From Myxococcota bacterium (lineage in GTDB: Bacteria > Myxococcota_A > Polyangia > Nannocystales > Nannocystaceae): 64,000 nt of DNA. The DNA lies in the NCBI GenBank assembly GCA_039028615.1, contig JBCCHT010000009.1:212889-276888 (forward strand), read 5' to 3'. The notes under the pieces were generated by a model. That model worked only from the letters and a program-made list of their open reading frames with translations, made no database searches and was not told the origin of the DNA. A program made the translations under genes and the position numbers. Positions 19,423-28,515 of the stretch are shown piece after piece; positions within the stretch are counted from its first letter, which is position 1; the number at the start of each line of letters is the position of its first letter.

Positions 19423-22400
19423 TGGCGGATGGCGCTCACATTGCGGGGAAGCGACGGAACGATGCGGCGAAGCCCTCGTCCTCGTCGAAACCTTCGTCTG
19501 TAGATCCCGTCGGGTCCAAGTCGGGGATGCCTGCGTTCTTGCAGGTTCCCAAGCAGGATCGGCAGGGAGCCTCCGCGTTCGATCACCATCGGGTCGACGA
19601 CGCTGGGCCTCCCGTGCAGCGCGAGTGTTCTGATTGTGCGTCCGAAGGAAGCGTCGACGCGCCGGCCGTGCAGATGTGGAACTGCCGGGGTTATCGCAAA
19701 CCGTCGTGTGTCCAGGCCAAAGAGGCGGGAGGCGCGGATGAACCGGTGCAGCAGGAGGCCGCGGAGGAGTCGGTGCAGCGAGACACCGTCTCCGCGGACG
19801 ACACCGCCGTGCAGATGTGGAACTGCCGGGGCTATCGAAAACCGTCGTGTGTACAAGCGCAGCTGAGCGATGAGGTTCAGGCAAAGTGTGATGGTTGTGC
19901 GGCCGAGCAAGGAGTTCAGCAGGCCTCGGCCGACGCTCCGGCCCAAACATCCGGGCCCAGGGCGATCCGCAGCGCGGCGAGAAAGGGGCTGGCGAACGTC
20001 TCGAGTTCTCTTCCTCACCAGCGAGCGATTCAGGCCTCGTTCGGCCGACACGAGGTCGGGCACGTGCGTGCGGGAGTCGGGGGAGATGCGGGGGCTGCGG
20101 CACGAAGCATGGGCGCAGAGGCCTTCACGTCGGGCGATCGGATCGGGTTTCGAGAGTCGCCAAGCCTGCGGTTGGCGGCGCACGAGAGCGCTCACGTCAT
20201 TCAGCAGCGCGAAGGGCTGAGCCTGCCGCAGCAGGTCGGAACACCCGGAGACCAGTGGGAGCAGCACGCCGATCGGGTCGCCGATGCCGTGGTCCGGGGG
20301 GACTCGGCCGAACCCCTGCTCGACGAGGTCGCGCCCGGGGGGAGCGGCGAAACGACGCCGCCCGTTCAGCGTCAGATCACCAGCCTGGCGTCGCGGAAGT
20401 CGGAGCCGGCGCCTGCACGCGAAGAAGGAGAGGAACAACCGGAGCCCGAGCCGGAGCCCGAACCGGAGGTCGAGCCGGAGCCCGATGCCGAAGCGCCCAA
20501 AGAGGGCGCGCTCGAGACCGCGAACGCGATGGAGAGCGAGACGAAACCTCCGACGCCGCGCAAAGGGCCGCCTCCGAGCGGGTGCGAGAAGGCCTCGGGG
20601 CGAGAGGGGACGATTCACGCTCCCAAGTACAGGGGCAGCAAGCAGGCGCGCCCCGACGGTGTCGACGAGCCGGAAGCGGACCGACCGTCCTCGAAGAAGA
20701 AGGGCGACTCGAGCATCGAGTTCGAGGAATGGAAAGACGAGCCGGATGTGTGCCCGGCCGAAAAGGAGGTCAACCAGCGGGCGGAGACGTTGCCTCCGCA
20801 GGTCAAGCCTGGCGAGGGCGCGGAGATCGAGCGGGTAGGGGAGACGGAACCGAAGCGAGATGGCTCGGGCGAGGAGACCGGGACCACGGACGACGAAGGG
20901 GTCGTTTCCGCGGCGGCCAACGATGCCGCACAGAAAGAGGCGATCGGAGCGGAGTTCGAGGCTCGGGTCGGAACGGCGGAATCCGAACGAGCCCAGTCGA
21001 TCGGAAACTACGAGGCCTCGGTCGCGGGGCTCGAAGGGGTTCGTACACGGGCCGCCCAGCTCGAGCAGGGCTTCGGTTTCGAGCCGGGCGCGGACGAGGA
21101 CGCCTACGCGGTCGAGCGACGGGACGCCGCGGAGGGCCAAGTGCGCGATTTCATGCGCCGGGCAGGCACGCAGCTCATCAGGGCTGTGGACTACGTGCAG
21201 CACGAGGTTCCCGGGTTGCTGAGCGAGAGCGCCGAGTCGGCCAAGGCCGCGATCGAAGCGCGCATGCAGGCGGAGAAGGACGCCATCTCGGCCCGGATCG
21301 CGCAGACCCGGAGCCTCGCGATTGCGGAGTCCATCGCCGCTCAGGCGCAGCTGCTGAGCGAGCACGCCAACGCGATCTCGATGGTGAACACCGAGACAGA
21401 TGCCGCGATCGAAGCGCTCGACGAGCAGTACGAGACCTCGCGTGACACCGTCGACGAAACGGAAGACGGCGGCCTGGACGAGGTCAACCGACTCTTCGCT
21501 CGGGGGAGGAAAGACCACGAGGCCAGAGGCCCACACTGGGCTGCCAAAGCCGTCCAGCGAGGCCAGGACCACGCGGACGCGTACGAAGACCACAAGGAAA
21601 ACGAGAAAGGAAAGGACTGGGAGGACGACGGTTTCTGGGACGGGTGTCTGTGGGTGCGACGGGCCCATGCACAGCAAGAGACCGCCTGTAAGACGGCCAA
21701 GGGGTACCGCGACAAGTTCCTGCTCGCCGCAAATCGAAAGGCCTTCAACCTCAGGGACCAACGCAAGTCGATGCGTTGTGCGGTCATTGCCGGGGCGCGC
21801 CGCGTACGGGCCACGCTCGACCAAACCCACGCCGATCTGGTGAACGGGCTGAAGACCGGGCGCGAGAAGACCCTCGACCAGTTGCAGCAAGCCTTCGACA
21901 AGAGCTCGGCATCGATCTCCGATGGGCTCGACGCGACGATCGAGGCTCTGGCGTCACAGGAACGCGCTCAGCGGCAGGCCATCAACGACAACGGGTACCT
22001 CAAGCAGCTCGCCATCGAACGTGTGGCCCACACGGTCGCGGCCGGGCTGGCCGAGTCGATCCACTCGGCATTGGTCTCCGTGGACGGCACGCTCTCTGAT
22101 CTACGAGCTCAATTCGAGTCGGGTGAGGCGCCCGAGGCCGATGTCTTGGCCGAGCGGCTCGCTGCCGCTGACGAGGGCCTCAGCAGCGGGATGGGGACGT
22201 TGCTCGGAAAGATGGAGGAAGGCGCCGGCGATGCCTTGATGCGCATCGACGGCACGCGAGATGCCGCGTTCGAAGCGCTCGCGAGGATTCGGGAGGGGAA
22301 CGACTCGCAGTGTGTGCAAGTGGAGGCTCAGTTCTCCACCACGATGGCCACGATCATGGCGGGAGCCACGACCTCGATCGGCAGCGCGCGCGACACGATG

Positions 22401-24518
22401 GTCGAGCAGGCGCAGAAGGGAGCGACCTCGGGCGTCGAGTCGATGCAGAAGATCGTGACGGGCTATCAGCAGGCGGTCGAGGGCATCTACGGCAAGATCG
22501 ACGAGGTCCTCACCGAGTCGGAGGCCGAACTCGACGCGGAGCTTAAGAAGACCCACGACCAGCTCGACAACGTCATTCCCTGCGAGGCCTGGAAAGCGGC
22601 CGAGAAGGAGCAACCCGCGTGGAAGAGCGTGGTCGCGATCCTGTTGATCATCGCGATCATCGTCATCGTCGCCGTCGTGGCCGGTCCCGCCGTGCTCGCT
22701 TTGGCGAAATCGGTAGGCACGTTCTTGGCGAGCGTGATCGTGGGGGCAATCTCGGGCGCGGTTTCGGGCGGATTGATGACGCTCGTCAACAACTGGGCCT
22801 CGGGGCGCGCATGGGACGAAGGCCTCGTCGACGCGATCTTGATGGGAGCGATCGGCGGGGCCCTCGGCGGCGGACTCGGTTTCCTGGGCGGGGCCATGAG
22901 CGCCGGAGTGGGCACCGTGGCGAGGATCGGGATCAACCTCGGGGCCGACCTCGTGGCGGATGCACTCACCCAGGTGATCGGGATCCTCGGGTTCGGCCAG
23001 AGCTTCAGCCTCGAGAGCCTCCTGATGGCCGGCGTCATGTCGGGGGTGGGCTCGTTGAGCAGCGGCGCTCGGCCACGAGCAGGCGGACGCACACCGAGCG
23101 GTGGCGTCGATGTGCCGAGCGGGGGAGCCCGGACTCCGAGGGCCCAACGCGGTGCCAGTCGAGGTCGAAACGGCGGGGTTGAAGCCCCCAGTGCGCCTCG
23201 GGGGCGTACGACCGGGCCCGATACACCGGGGGGACTCACGCCCGCACAGGTCGCCCGGCGGACGGTCGTGGGGGGAGTGCTCAAAGATCTCGGAGTCGGC
23301 GTCGGGTTTGGTCTTGGTGCCGAACTCGTCGGAATGCTCTTCGGCCGCGAGTTCGATGCGACCCGGATGTCGACCAACCTCGCGTCGGTCATGAGCACGC
23401 GGTTGGGTGGTCGCCTCGGTCGGACCGGGACGAGCGATCGGCCCTCGACGCCACCTCCCAAGCCACGCGGGCGACTGGGTCGGACCGCTGCGCGGATCCG
23501 CGGCCTCGACCAGCGGCTATCCCAGCGGTTGGATGGTGTCGGGCGTCGGGTCGAGGCGGGTGGAAAGCGGTTGGGCGATCGACTGCGGACGCGACCGGGG
23601 GCGCCCGATGTCGACCCCAACTCGCCGCGGCGTCGCGCGACGGATGAGCCGGAGCAGGTTCCGCCGCGTCGACTCGATGATCCGGATCCCAGGGTGCGGG
23701 AACCCGTGCCGGATACCGACAACGGTGTCGTCGCTCGGGTGCCGGCTTCCGACGGGCACCACGTCAAGGTCCTGGATGACGGCCGGATCGTCCGCTGCAG
23801 CCCCACGTGCACGACGCTGCAGATGCGCTACGGGCCGGAACTCGAGAGCAATCCGAGGCTGCGGCAAGAGCTGGAGGACATCCAGCGGATCCCGGACCCC
23901 CAGCGGCGAGCAGAACGGGCCGCCGATCTCGAGATTCGCTTGTCGCTCGAGATGAAGCGCCGGCCTTCTGCCGAGCGCGGGGATAACGATCCGGACGGAC
24001 CGCAGCGGCACCCTCCGTCTGGTGAGCGTAGGATCGATCCCGAGCGATTCCAGTCGCTCGTGGACGACTTTGCCGCCAACGTGACGTCTTCCAATTTCAC
24101 GGTTTGGAAACGACGACAACTCGCGGCGGGCTACTCACCAGTCACGATTCAAGATGTCGTTCACCACGGAGCTCTGAAGATTGGGCGCAACCCCTGGAAA
24201 GATGACTGGTCGAGGTACTTGGCCGAGACTACGGGGCGGCCAATCCCTCGCGGCGAAATGGAGCGGCCTCATGCTCACCATATGGCCCAAAAGAAGGGGG
24301 GAGGGGGCCCTGGGAGGCTGAATCGCGAGATTCTCGCAGATGTCGGCATTGATCCTCTGCTATCGCGACACAACCTCGAGTGGGCGCCGAACGTGAAGGG
24401 ACAACACGGGCGAGGACCTCAGGCAGAGCTGCTGCGCCGTTTGTTGCCAGCCCGGGGAGATCGGGCCAAGATCATCGAGGTTCTAAACGAATGGCGTGCG
24501 GTCACGGTGCAGAGATGA
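19422..24518 (+). CDS. DUF4157 (eCIS core domain) polymorphic toxin with TM/glycine-rich region and C-terminal AHH-type nuclease
   Basis: AARSMGAEAFTSGDRIGF..LAAHESAHVIQQ..EQHADRVADAV; hydrophobic VVAILLIIAIIVIVAVVAG; C-terminal PHAHH..IDP..NLEWAPN..GQH. Confidence 0.85.
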   Translation: MADGAHIAGKRRNDAAKPSSSSKPSSVDPVGSKSGMPAFLQVPKQDRQGASAFDHHRVDDAGPPVQRECSDCASEGSVDAPAVQMWNCRGYRKPSCVQAKEAGGADEPVQQEAAEESVQRDTVSADDTAVQMWNCRGYRKPSCVQAQLSDEVQAKCDGCAAEQGVQQASADAPAQTSGPRAIRSAARKGLANVSSSLPHQRAIQASFGRHEVGHVRAGVGGDAGAAARSMGAEAFTSGDRIGFRESPSLRLAAHESAHVIQQREGLSLPQQVGTPGDQWEQHADRVADAVVRGDSAEPLLDEVAPGGSGETTPPVQRQITSLASRKSEPAPAREEGEEQPEPEPEPEPEVEPEPDAEAPKEGALETANAMESETKPPTPRKGPPPSGCEKASGREGTIHAPKYRGSKQARPDGVDEPEADRPSSKKKGDSSIEFEEWKDEPDVCPAEKEVNQRAETLPPQVKPGEGAEIERVGETEPKRDGSGEETGTTDDEGVVSAAANDAAQKEAIGAEFEARVGTAESERAQSIGNYEASVAGLEGVRTRAAQLEQGFGFEPGADEDAYAVERRDAAEGQVRDFMRRAGTQLIRAVDYVQHEVPGLLSESAESAKAAIEARMQAEKDAISARIAQTRSLAIAESIAAQAQLLSEHANAISMVNTETDAAIEALDEQYETSRDTVDETEDGGLDEVNRLFARGRKDHEARGPHWAAKAVQRGQDHADAYEDHKENEKGKDWEDDGFWDGCLWVRRAHAQQETACKTAKGYRDKFLLAANRKAFNLRDQRKSMRCAVIAGARRVRATLDQTHADLVNGLKTGREKTLDQLQQAFDKSSASISDGLDATIEALASQERAQRQAINDNGYLKQLAIERVAHTVAAGLAESIHSALVSVDGTLSDLRAQFESGEAPEADVLAERLAAADEGLSSGMGTLLGKMEEGAGDALMRIDGTRDAAFEALARIREGNDSQCVQVEAQFSTTMATIMAGATTSIGSARDTMVEQAQKGATSGVESMQKIVTGYQQAVEGIYGKIDEVLTESEAELDAELKKTHDQLDNVIPCEAWKAAEKEQPAWKSVVAILLIIAIIVIVAVVAGPAVLALAKSVGTFLASVIVGAISGAVSGGLMTLVNNWASGRAWDEGLVDAILMGAIGGALGGGLGFLGGAMSAGVGTVARIGINLGADLVADALTQVIGILGFGQSFSLESLLMAGVMSGVGSLSSGARPRAGGRTPSGGVDVPSGGARTPRAQRGASRGRNGGVEAPSAPRGRTTGPDTPGGLTPAQVARRTVVGGVLKDLGVGVGFGLGAELVGMLFGREFDATRMSTNLASVMSTRLGGRLGRTGTSDRPSTPPPKPRGRLGRTAARIRGLDQRLSQRLDGVGRRVEAGGKRLGDRLRTRPGAPDVDPNSPRRRATDEPEQVPPRRLDDPDPRVREPVPDTDNGVVARVPASDGHHVKVLDDGRIVRCSPTCTTLQMRYGPELESNPRLRQELEDIQRIPDPQRRAERAADLEIRLSLEMKRRPSAERGDNDPDGPQRHPPSGERRIDPERFQSLVDDFAANVTSSNFTVWKRRQLAAGYSPVTIQDVVHHGALKIGRNPWKDDWSRYLAETTGRPIPRGEMERPHAHHMAQKKGGGGPGRLNREILADVGIDPLLSRHNLEWAPNVKGQHGRGPQAELLRRLLPARGDRAKIIEVLNEWRAVTVQR
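19665..19852 (+). repeat. 47-bp direct repeat, two copies (19665-19711, 19806-19852), encoding AVQMWNCRGYRKPSCV
   Basis: Direct comparison: 45/47 identical, offset 141 nt (in frame). Confidence 0.9.
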
Positions 24519-25144
24519 CAATGAACACGATTGATGAACTACGTCAGGCCCTTGCTGCATTGCTGCCCGGAGCGCTTCGGAAGCTCGTCGCCAGGATTCG
24601 AGAAGGAGAAGCGCGCGGCATCTATTCGTTCGTGCTCTATCCGTCGTCAGGGTTTCGTGACATCGGTACGGCTTTCTCTTCCAGACGGACGCTCGCGGAG
24701 GCCTACGAAAAAGGTCAGGCTCTCAACGCCGAGTTGGAGGCGATGATGAAGGAACATCCCGATCTCCAGCTGAACGATCTCTCCTACACGAGTTCGGAGG
24801 CCTACTACGAGGTCAACGCCTGCGAATGGCACTTCATCAGTCTCTTCCAGGAGGAGTTGGCTGAAGTGAATCGGACTATCGACCGCGTCTATTCGCTGCT
24901 ACAGGATCAGGGCGTCGACTCCGCGACCATCAACTCGACTTTCGAGGAGTTGTCGGTGGAAGCCATCAAACGACTCAAGAGCGAGGGGGCCTTCTCAGCG
25001 CCCACGTTTGAGGACGATGTCTTGCTGGGAGTTCAGTTCCCGGATTCGAGCGATCAGGAACTCGTGGTTCGAGTTTCAGCGATTCTAAACTCGCCAGCTT
25101 GGCATACGAAGATCATCCAGAACAGCAAGGAAGTCGACGAGTGA
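24515..25144 (+). CDS. Putative immunity protein (DUF4303-like)
   Basis: ATGA overlap with the toxin stop; IYSFVLY..NACEW..SVEAIKRLKSEGAF..LGVQFPDS; less GC-biased codons. Confidence 0.65.
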   Translation: MTMNTIDELRQALAALLPGALRKLVARIREGEARGIYSFVLYPSSGFRDIGTAFSSRRTLAEAYEKGQALNAELEAMMKEHPDLQLNDLSYTSSEAYYEVNACEWHFISLFQEELAEVNRTIDRVYSLLQDQGVDSATINSTFEELSVEAIKRLKSEGAFSAPTFEDDVLLGVQFPDSSDQELVVRVSAILNSPAWHTKIIQNSKEVDE

Positions 25145-26214
25145 CGAGTCCGTCCGTAGCAAAACCTCATTCGATGGATGGCCGTGAGCCGCTGGCTATG
25201 TTGAGTTCGCTTCGTGACGGCCGTCGCACGGCGCGGGAGCTGCAGCTGCCGGGAGCCGACCTGCGGGGCGCCGACCTCACCAAGCTCCGCGCCGACGGTC
25301 TCGACCTCACGGGCGCCAATCTTCGCGGTACCACGCTGTCCCGTGTCCGCTGGGTCGGTTGTCGCTTACTCGACGCCGATCTTTCCAACGCTGACCTCGA
25401 CCGCGCGGTCCTACGAACGTGCGAACTCTCTGGCGCGCGCGCGAGCGGAGCCCGGCTGACCCACGCCCGGATCGAGAACGACAACGCTCAGGGAGCCGAC
25501 TTCGGAGGAGCCGACTTCACCGACGCCTCGCTCGTCGATACCAATCTATCTCGAGCCCGGCTACGCAAGGCGCAACTTCGGCGGGCCAATGCGTCGGGAG
25601 TCATCCTCCGAGGAGCCGACCTCCGAGGAGCATGCTTGGCCGACGCGGACCTCAGCGATGCCGACCTCCGAGGCGCCGATCTGACGGATGCGGATCTTCG
25701 TGGGGCCGACCTCCGCGGCGCGGACCTGCGAGGGGCCATCATGGCCGACGCATGTCTCGACGGCGCTGAACTTTCGGGGACCCGGCGCGACGATGCCCCA
25801 CCCCAAATGCCGCAGGAGCTGCAGCCACTCAGCACGGCGGTCAGCCCCCTCATCGTCGAGGTCCTGACCCAGCTACGGCAACACGGGCACGTCCCCAAGA
25901 ACGCCGGCGACCGGTTACTACAGAGCATCCAGGATAGCCCGCTGGTACGCCAAACGGTCGCCGCCTCACCGGAACAGACAGATTCGTCCGGATTTCATCG
26001 AACGGTGTCTGCGGTAATGCGGGCCTTGGGAGGTGCGCAGGAGGACGTGCTCGAGCAAGCGGCCGAGTCCCTTCGCGGAGATTCGCGCGAACCGTCGCCC
26101 GGCGTGGCCGACTTGATCCGTCGGGTCGCGGTCGAAATGGGGATGGACGCCGATACCAATCCCGAGGACCTACTGTCGAAGCTCACCGGGCAGCCACGGT
26201 CCGACGCGGAGTAG
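25141..26214 (+). CDS. Pentapeptide repeat protein
   Basis: GTGA overlap; many ADLRG/ADLSD pentads followed by a non-repeat C-terminal region. Confidence 0.9.
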   Translation: MTSPSVAKPHSMDGREPLAMLSSLRDGRRTARELQLPGADLRGADLTKLRADGLDLTGANLRGTTLSRVRWVGCRLLDADLSNADLDRAVLRTCELSGARASGARLTHARIENDNAQGADFGGADFTDASLVDTNLSRARLRKAQLRRANASGVILRGADLRGACLADADLSDADLRGADLTDADLRGADLRGADLRGAIMADACLDGAELSGTRRDDAPPQMPQELQPLSTAVSPLIVEVLTQLRQHGHVPKNAGDRLLQSIQDSPLVRQTVAASPEQTDSSGFHRTVSAVMRALGGAQEDVLEQAAESLRGDSREPSPGVADLIRRVAVEMGMDADTNPEDLLSKLTGQPRSDAE

Positions 26215-26223
26215 TTCGATCGC

Positions 26224-27159
26224 TCAACCCCACTCGGGTGTCAGCACTTCGACGGCCTCGGTCGCCCAGGCGACGATTCGCGGAAACCGGGGAGCATCGG
26301 GGTCCACCCATCCCAGGTGCTGGAATGCACTGCGAACATGCATGCGCCGAACCATGTCGCGATCGACATCGACCCCGGACTCCCGTTCGTACGCAGCCAT
26401 CGCGAACTCGGCGAAACGCGGCCCCTGAGACTGCAGGTACATCAGGTCTTCGTGTCGATCGCCGACGCAGGCCTCGTCGAAGTCGATGAGCGCAGTGACG
26501 CGCCCCGCTTCGTCGGCAAACACGTTGTGCAGGTGGGGATCGCCGTGCAGTACGGTCGCGCCCCGATCTCGCGCCTCATCCCACGCCTTCACCCGGCCGC
26601 ACGCACGAAGGAGCAGCGCACTGTCGGTATGTCGCTGCACGGTCGATGCGATCGGCTCCCAGTCGATCGCTTGCGGAGGCACCCGCGAGAGCAGGCCTTC
26701 GGTGGTCGTGCCTCGATGGAGTCGCGCCAAGACCTGACCGAGCTCGGCGGCGAACACCTCACCCCACTCGGTGAGCGGGCAATCCATCGAGTAGCGCGGC
26801 AGTGACAGCGGTGGGGGCTCGGCCTTCACCCCGAAGATGCGGTCTTCGATCTCCCACCCGTGCACGCCCGTCTTCCAGTCTCGAACCTGGACGCGCGCGG
26901 CGGGGTCGTGCGCAACGACGAGGGGAACGCGGGAGCCTAGAGTACGCCCGGCGGCATCGAGGAGGTCAGCCTCCAGCTCGAGCTTGGCCCACGCGGCGGC
27001 CGAGTCGGCGAGGAAGAGCTGGTACGGCGGCACACGGGCCATCCATCTCCACTCGCGCCACTCCGCTTCGATGCATGCGGGGTCGACCTCGGCTCCCACC
27101 AGCCGCGACAGCGCTGCACTCAACGCTTCGCCGCTCGGGGGTAAGCCCGCTTCCACCAC
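26224..27159 (-). CDS. Aminoglycoside phosphotransferase (APH)-family protein
   Basis: HGDPHLHN and LIDFDEA motifs. Confidence 0.85.
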   Translation of the reverse strand: MVEAGLPPSGEALSAALSRLVGAEVDPACIEAEWREWRWMARVPPYQLFLADSAAAWAKLELEADLLDAAGRTLGSRVPLVVAHDPAARVQVRDWKTGVHGWEIEDRIFGVKAEPPPLSLPRYSMDCPLTEWGEVFAAELGQVLARLHRGTTTEGLLSRVPPQAIDWEPIASTVQRHTDSALLLRACGRVKAWDEARDRGATVLHGDPHLHNVFADEAGRVTALIDFDEACVGDRHEDLMYLQSQGPRFAEFAMAAYERESGVDVDRDMVRRMHVRSAFQHLGWVDPDAPRFPRIVAWATEAVEVLTPEWG

Positions 27160-27320
27160 GAATGACTCACTGTATCAGTGAGAGGACGGAGATCGATCAT
27201 CTTCGACAAACGGTGTTCGAGGGCCTAGGATCAGCATCGAGGCTGCTTCTCACTGGAACGATGCGACGGGGTCGAGGATGACTGCGTTCGGCATCGGGGA
27301 GGAGCGGCCGAGCCTTCGTC

Positions 27321-27824
27321 ATGACACCACGTGGAACCATCCATCTGTTGGTCGGCCCGGTCGGGGCAGGAAAATCAACCTACGCACGGGCACGCATCGC
27401 TCGGTCGCCCGGGGTGTTCTTCAACCTGGACACGTGGATGACCCGGCTGTTCGGGGCGGACGAGCGCCCCGCGGAGGGAGTGGTGGGGTGGTACCTGGCC
27501 CGCCGCGAGCGGTGCCGGGCGCTCGTCTGGGACATGAGCATGGAGGTGCTGGCATGCGGGATCGATGCGTACCTGGAGACGGGACTGCTGGCGGCGGCGG
27601 AACGGCAGGCGTTCTACGAGCAGGTGCACGCCGAGGGCATCGCGCTCGAGGTCTATTGCGTCGATGCACCCCGCGATGTTCGGCGGCGCAGAGTCCTGGC
27701 GCGCAACGAGTCGGCGGGGCCCGAGGTCCAGGTGGTGCCGCTGCCGTTCTTCGAGAAGGCATCGGACGCATGGGAGCCTCCCTCGGAGCAAGAGCGAGGA
27801 CGCTGGCGCATCGTCGACGTGTGA
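27321..27824 (+). CDS. P-loop kinase (AAA_33-like)
   Basis: LLVGPVGAGKSTYA, D-x-WMTRLFG. Confidence 0.85.
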   Translation: MTPRGTIHLLVGPVGAGKSTYARARIARSPGVFFNLDTWMTRLFGADERPAEGVVGWYLARRERCRALVWDMSMEVLACGIDAYLETGLLAAAERQAFYEQVHAEGIALEVYCVDAPRDVRRRRVLARNESAGPEVQVVPLPFFEKASDAWEPPSEQERGRWRIVDV

Positions 27825-27831
27825 GGCGGGC

Positions 27832-28497
27832 TCAACGATAGGGCGAGGCATGCCCGCTGCGGCGCAGCAACATGGCGATGGCGACGTCGAGGTACAGGTC
27901 GGGGGGACGCAGCATGGGCCCGAGCAGCCGCGACTTGTACATGCGGCGGCAGAGCCGTTGGTCGTAGGTCGCCAGGGGGCAGGCCTGGCGCAGGGTCTTG
28001 ACCACGTGCTTGAAGTGGGCGACGCGGGTGGGGTCGACGTTGGGATCGCCGATGGTGGCGTAGCGCAGGATGCCGCCCTGAAACGAGAGGAGGGGCAAGT
28101 CGGAGCCGTATGCGAGCAGGAAGTGGCCGTCGAAGCGAGTGCCGTGCAGGAGCCCACGGATGTTCTCGACAGGCACCTCGAGCCGGCCACGGTGCGCGAG
28201 CTCCAGCTTCAGCAGGCCGCCCTCGGCGATGAAGCTCAGTACGTAGAGCCCGGGAGTCTCGGTGAAGTGCGGGGTGACCCAGGCGGAGAGGCCACACGCG
28301 CGCAGGGCATCGGCCATCGTCCCGGCCGAAGCTTCACTGGCCCGGGTCGCGAGCACGCCAGGCCAGCCATCGAGGACCCGAAGGCGTGTGCGTAGCTCGT
28401 ACTCGGCTAGGCCGCTGCGCCGCGACACCATGCGGATCCAGTCGCCGTCGGCAGGCGCGCCCGCGACGGCATCAGCCTGGACGGTGACGGCGTACAC
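27832..28497 (-). CDS. Hypothetical protein
   Basis: 221-aa ORF filling the gap; TATCAT -10-like box 5 nt before the GTG. Confidence 0.6.
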   Translation of the reverse strand: MYAVTVQADAVAGAPADGDWIRMVSRRSGLAEYELRTRLRVLDGWPGVLATRASEASAGTMADALRACGLSAWVTPHFTETPGLYVLSFIAEGGLLKLELAHRGRLEVPVENIRGLLHGTRFDGHFLLAYGSDLPLLSFQGGILRYATIGDPNVDPTRVAHFKHVVKTLRQACPLATYDQRLCRRMYKSRLLGPMLRPPDLYLDVAIAMLLRRSGHASPYR

Positions 28498-28515
28498 CTT
28501 CCATGATAGCGCCGT

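Noticed and set aside
19665..19852. Direct repeats as a CRISPR array
   Set aside because: Only two in-frame copies inside a CDS, with no cas genes; no CRISPR array was seen in the window
19158..21890. 910-aa minus-strand ORF, and similar ones at 9063-11285 and 13723-16086
   Set aside because: Antisense shadows of motif-bearing eCIS genes; long shadow ORFs are expected at high GC
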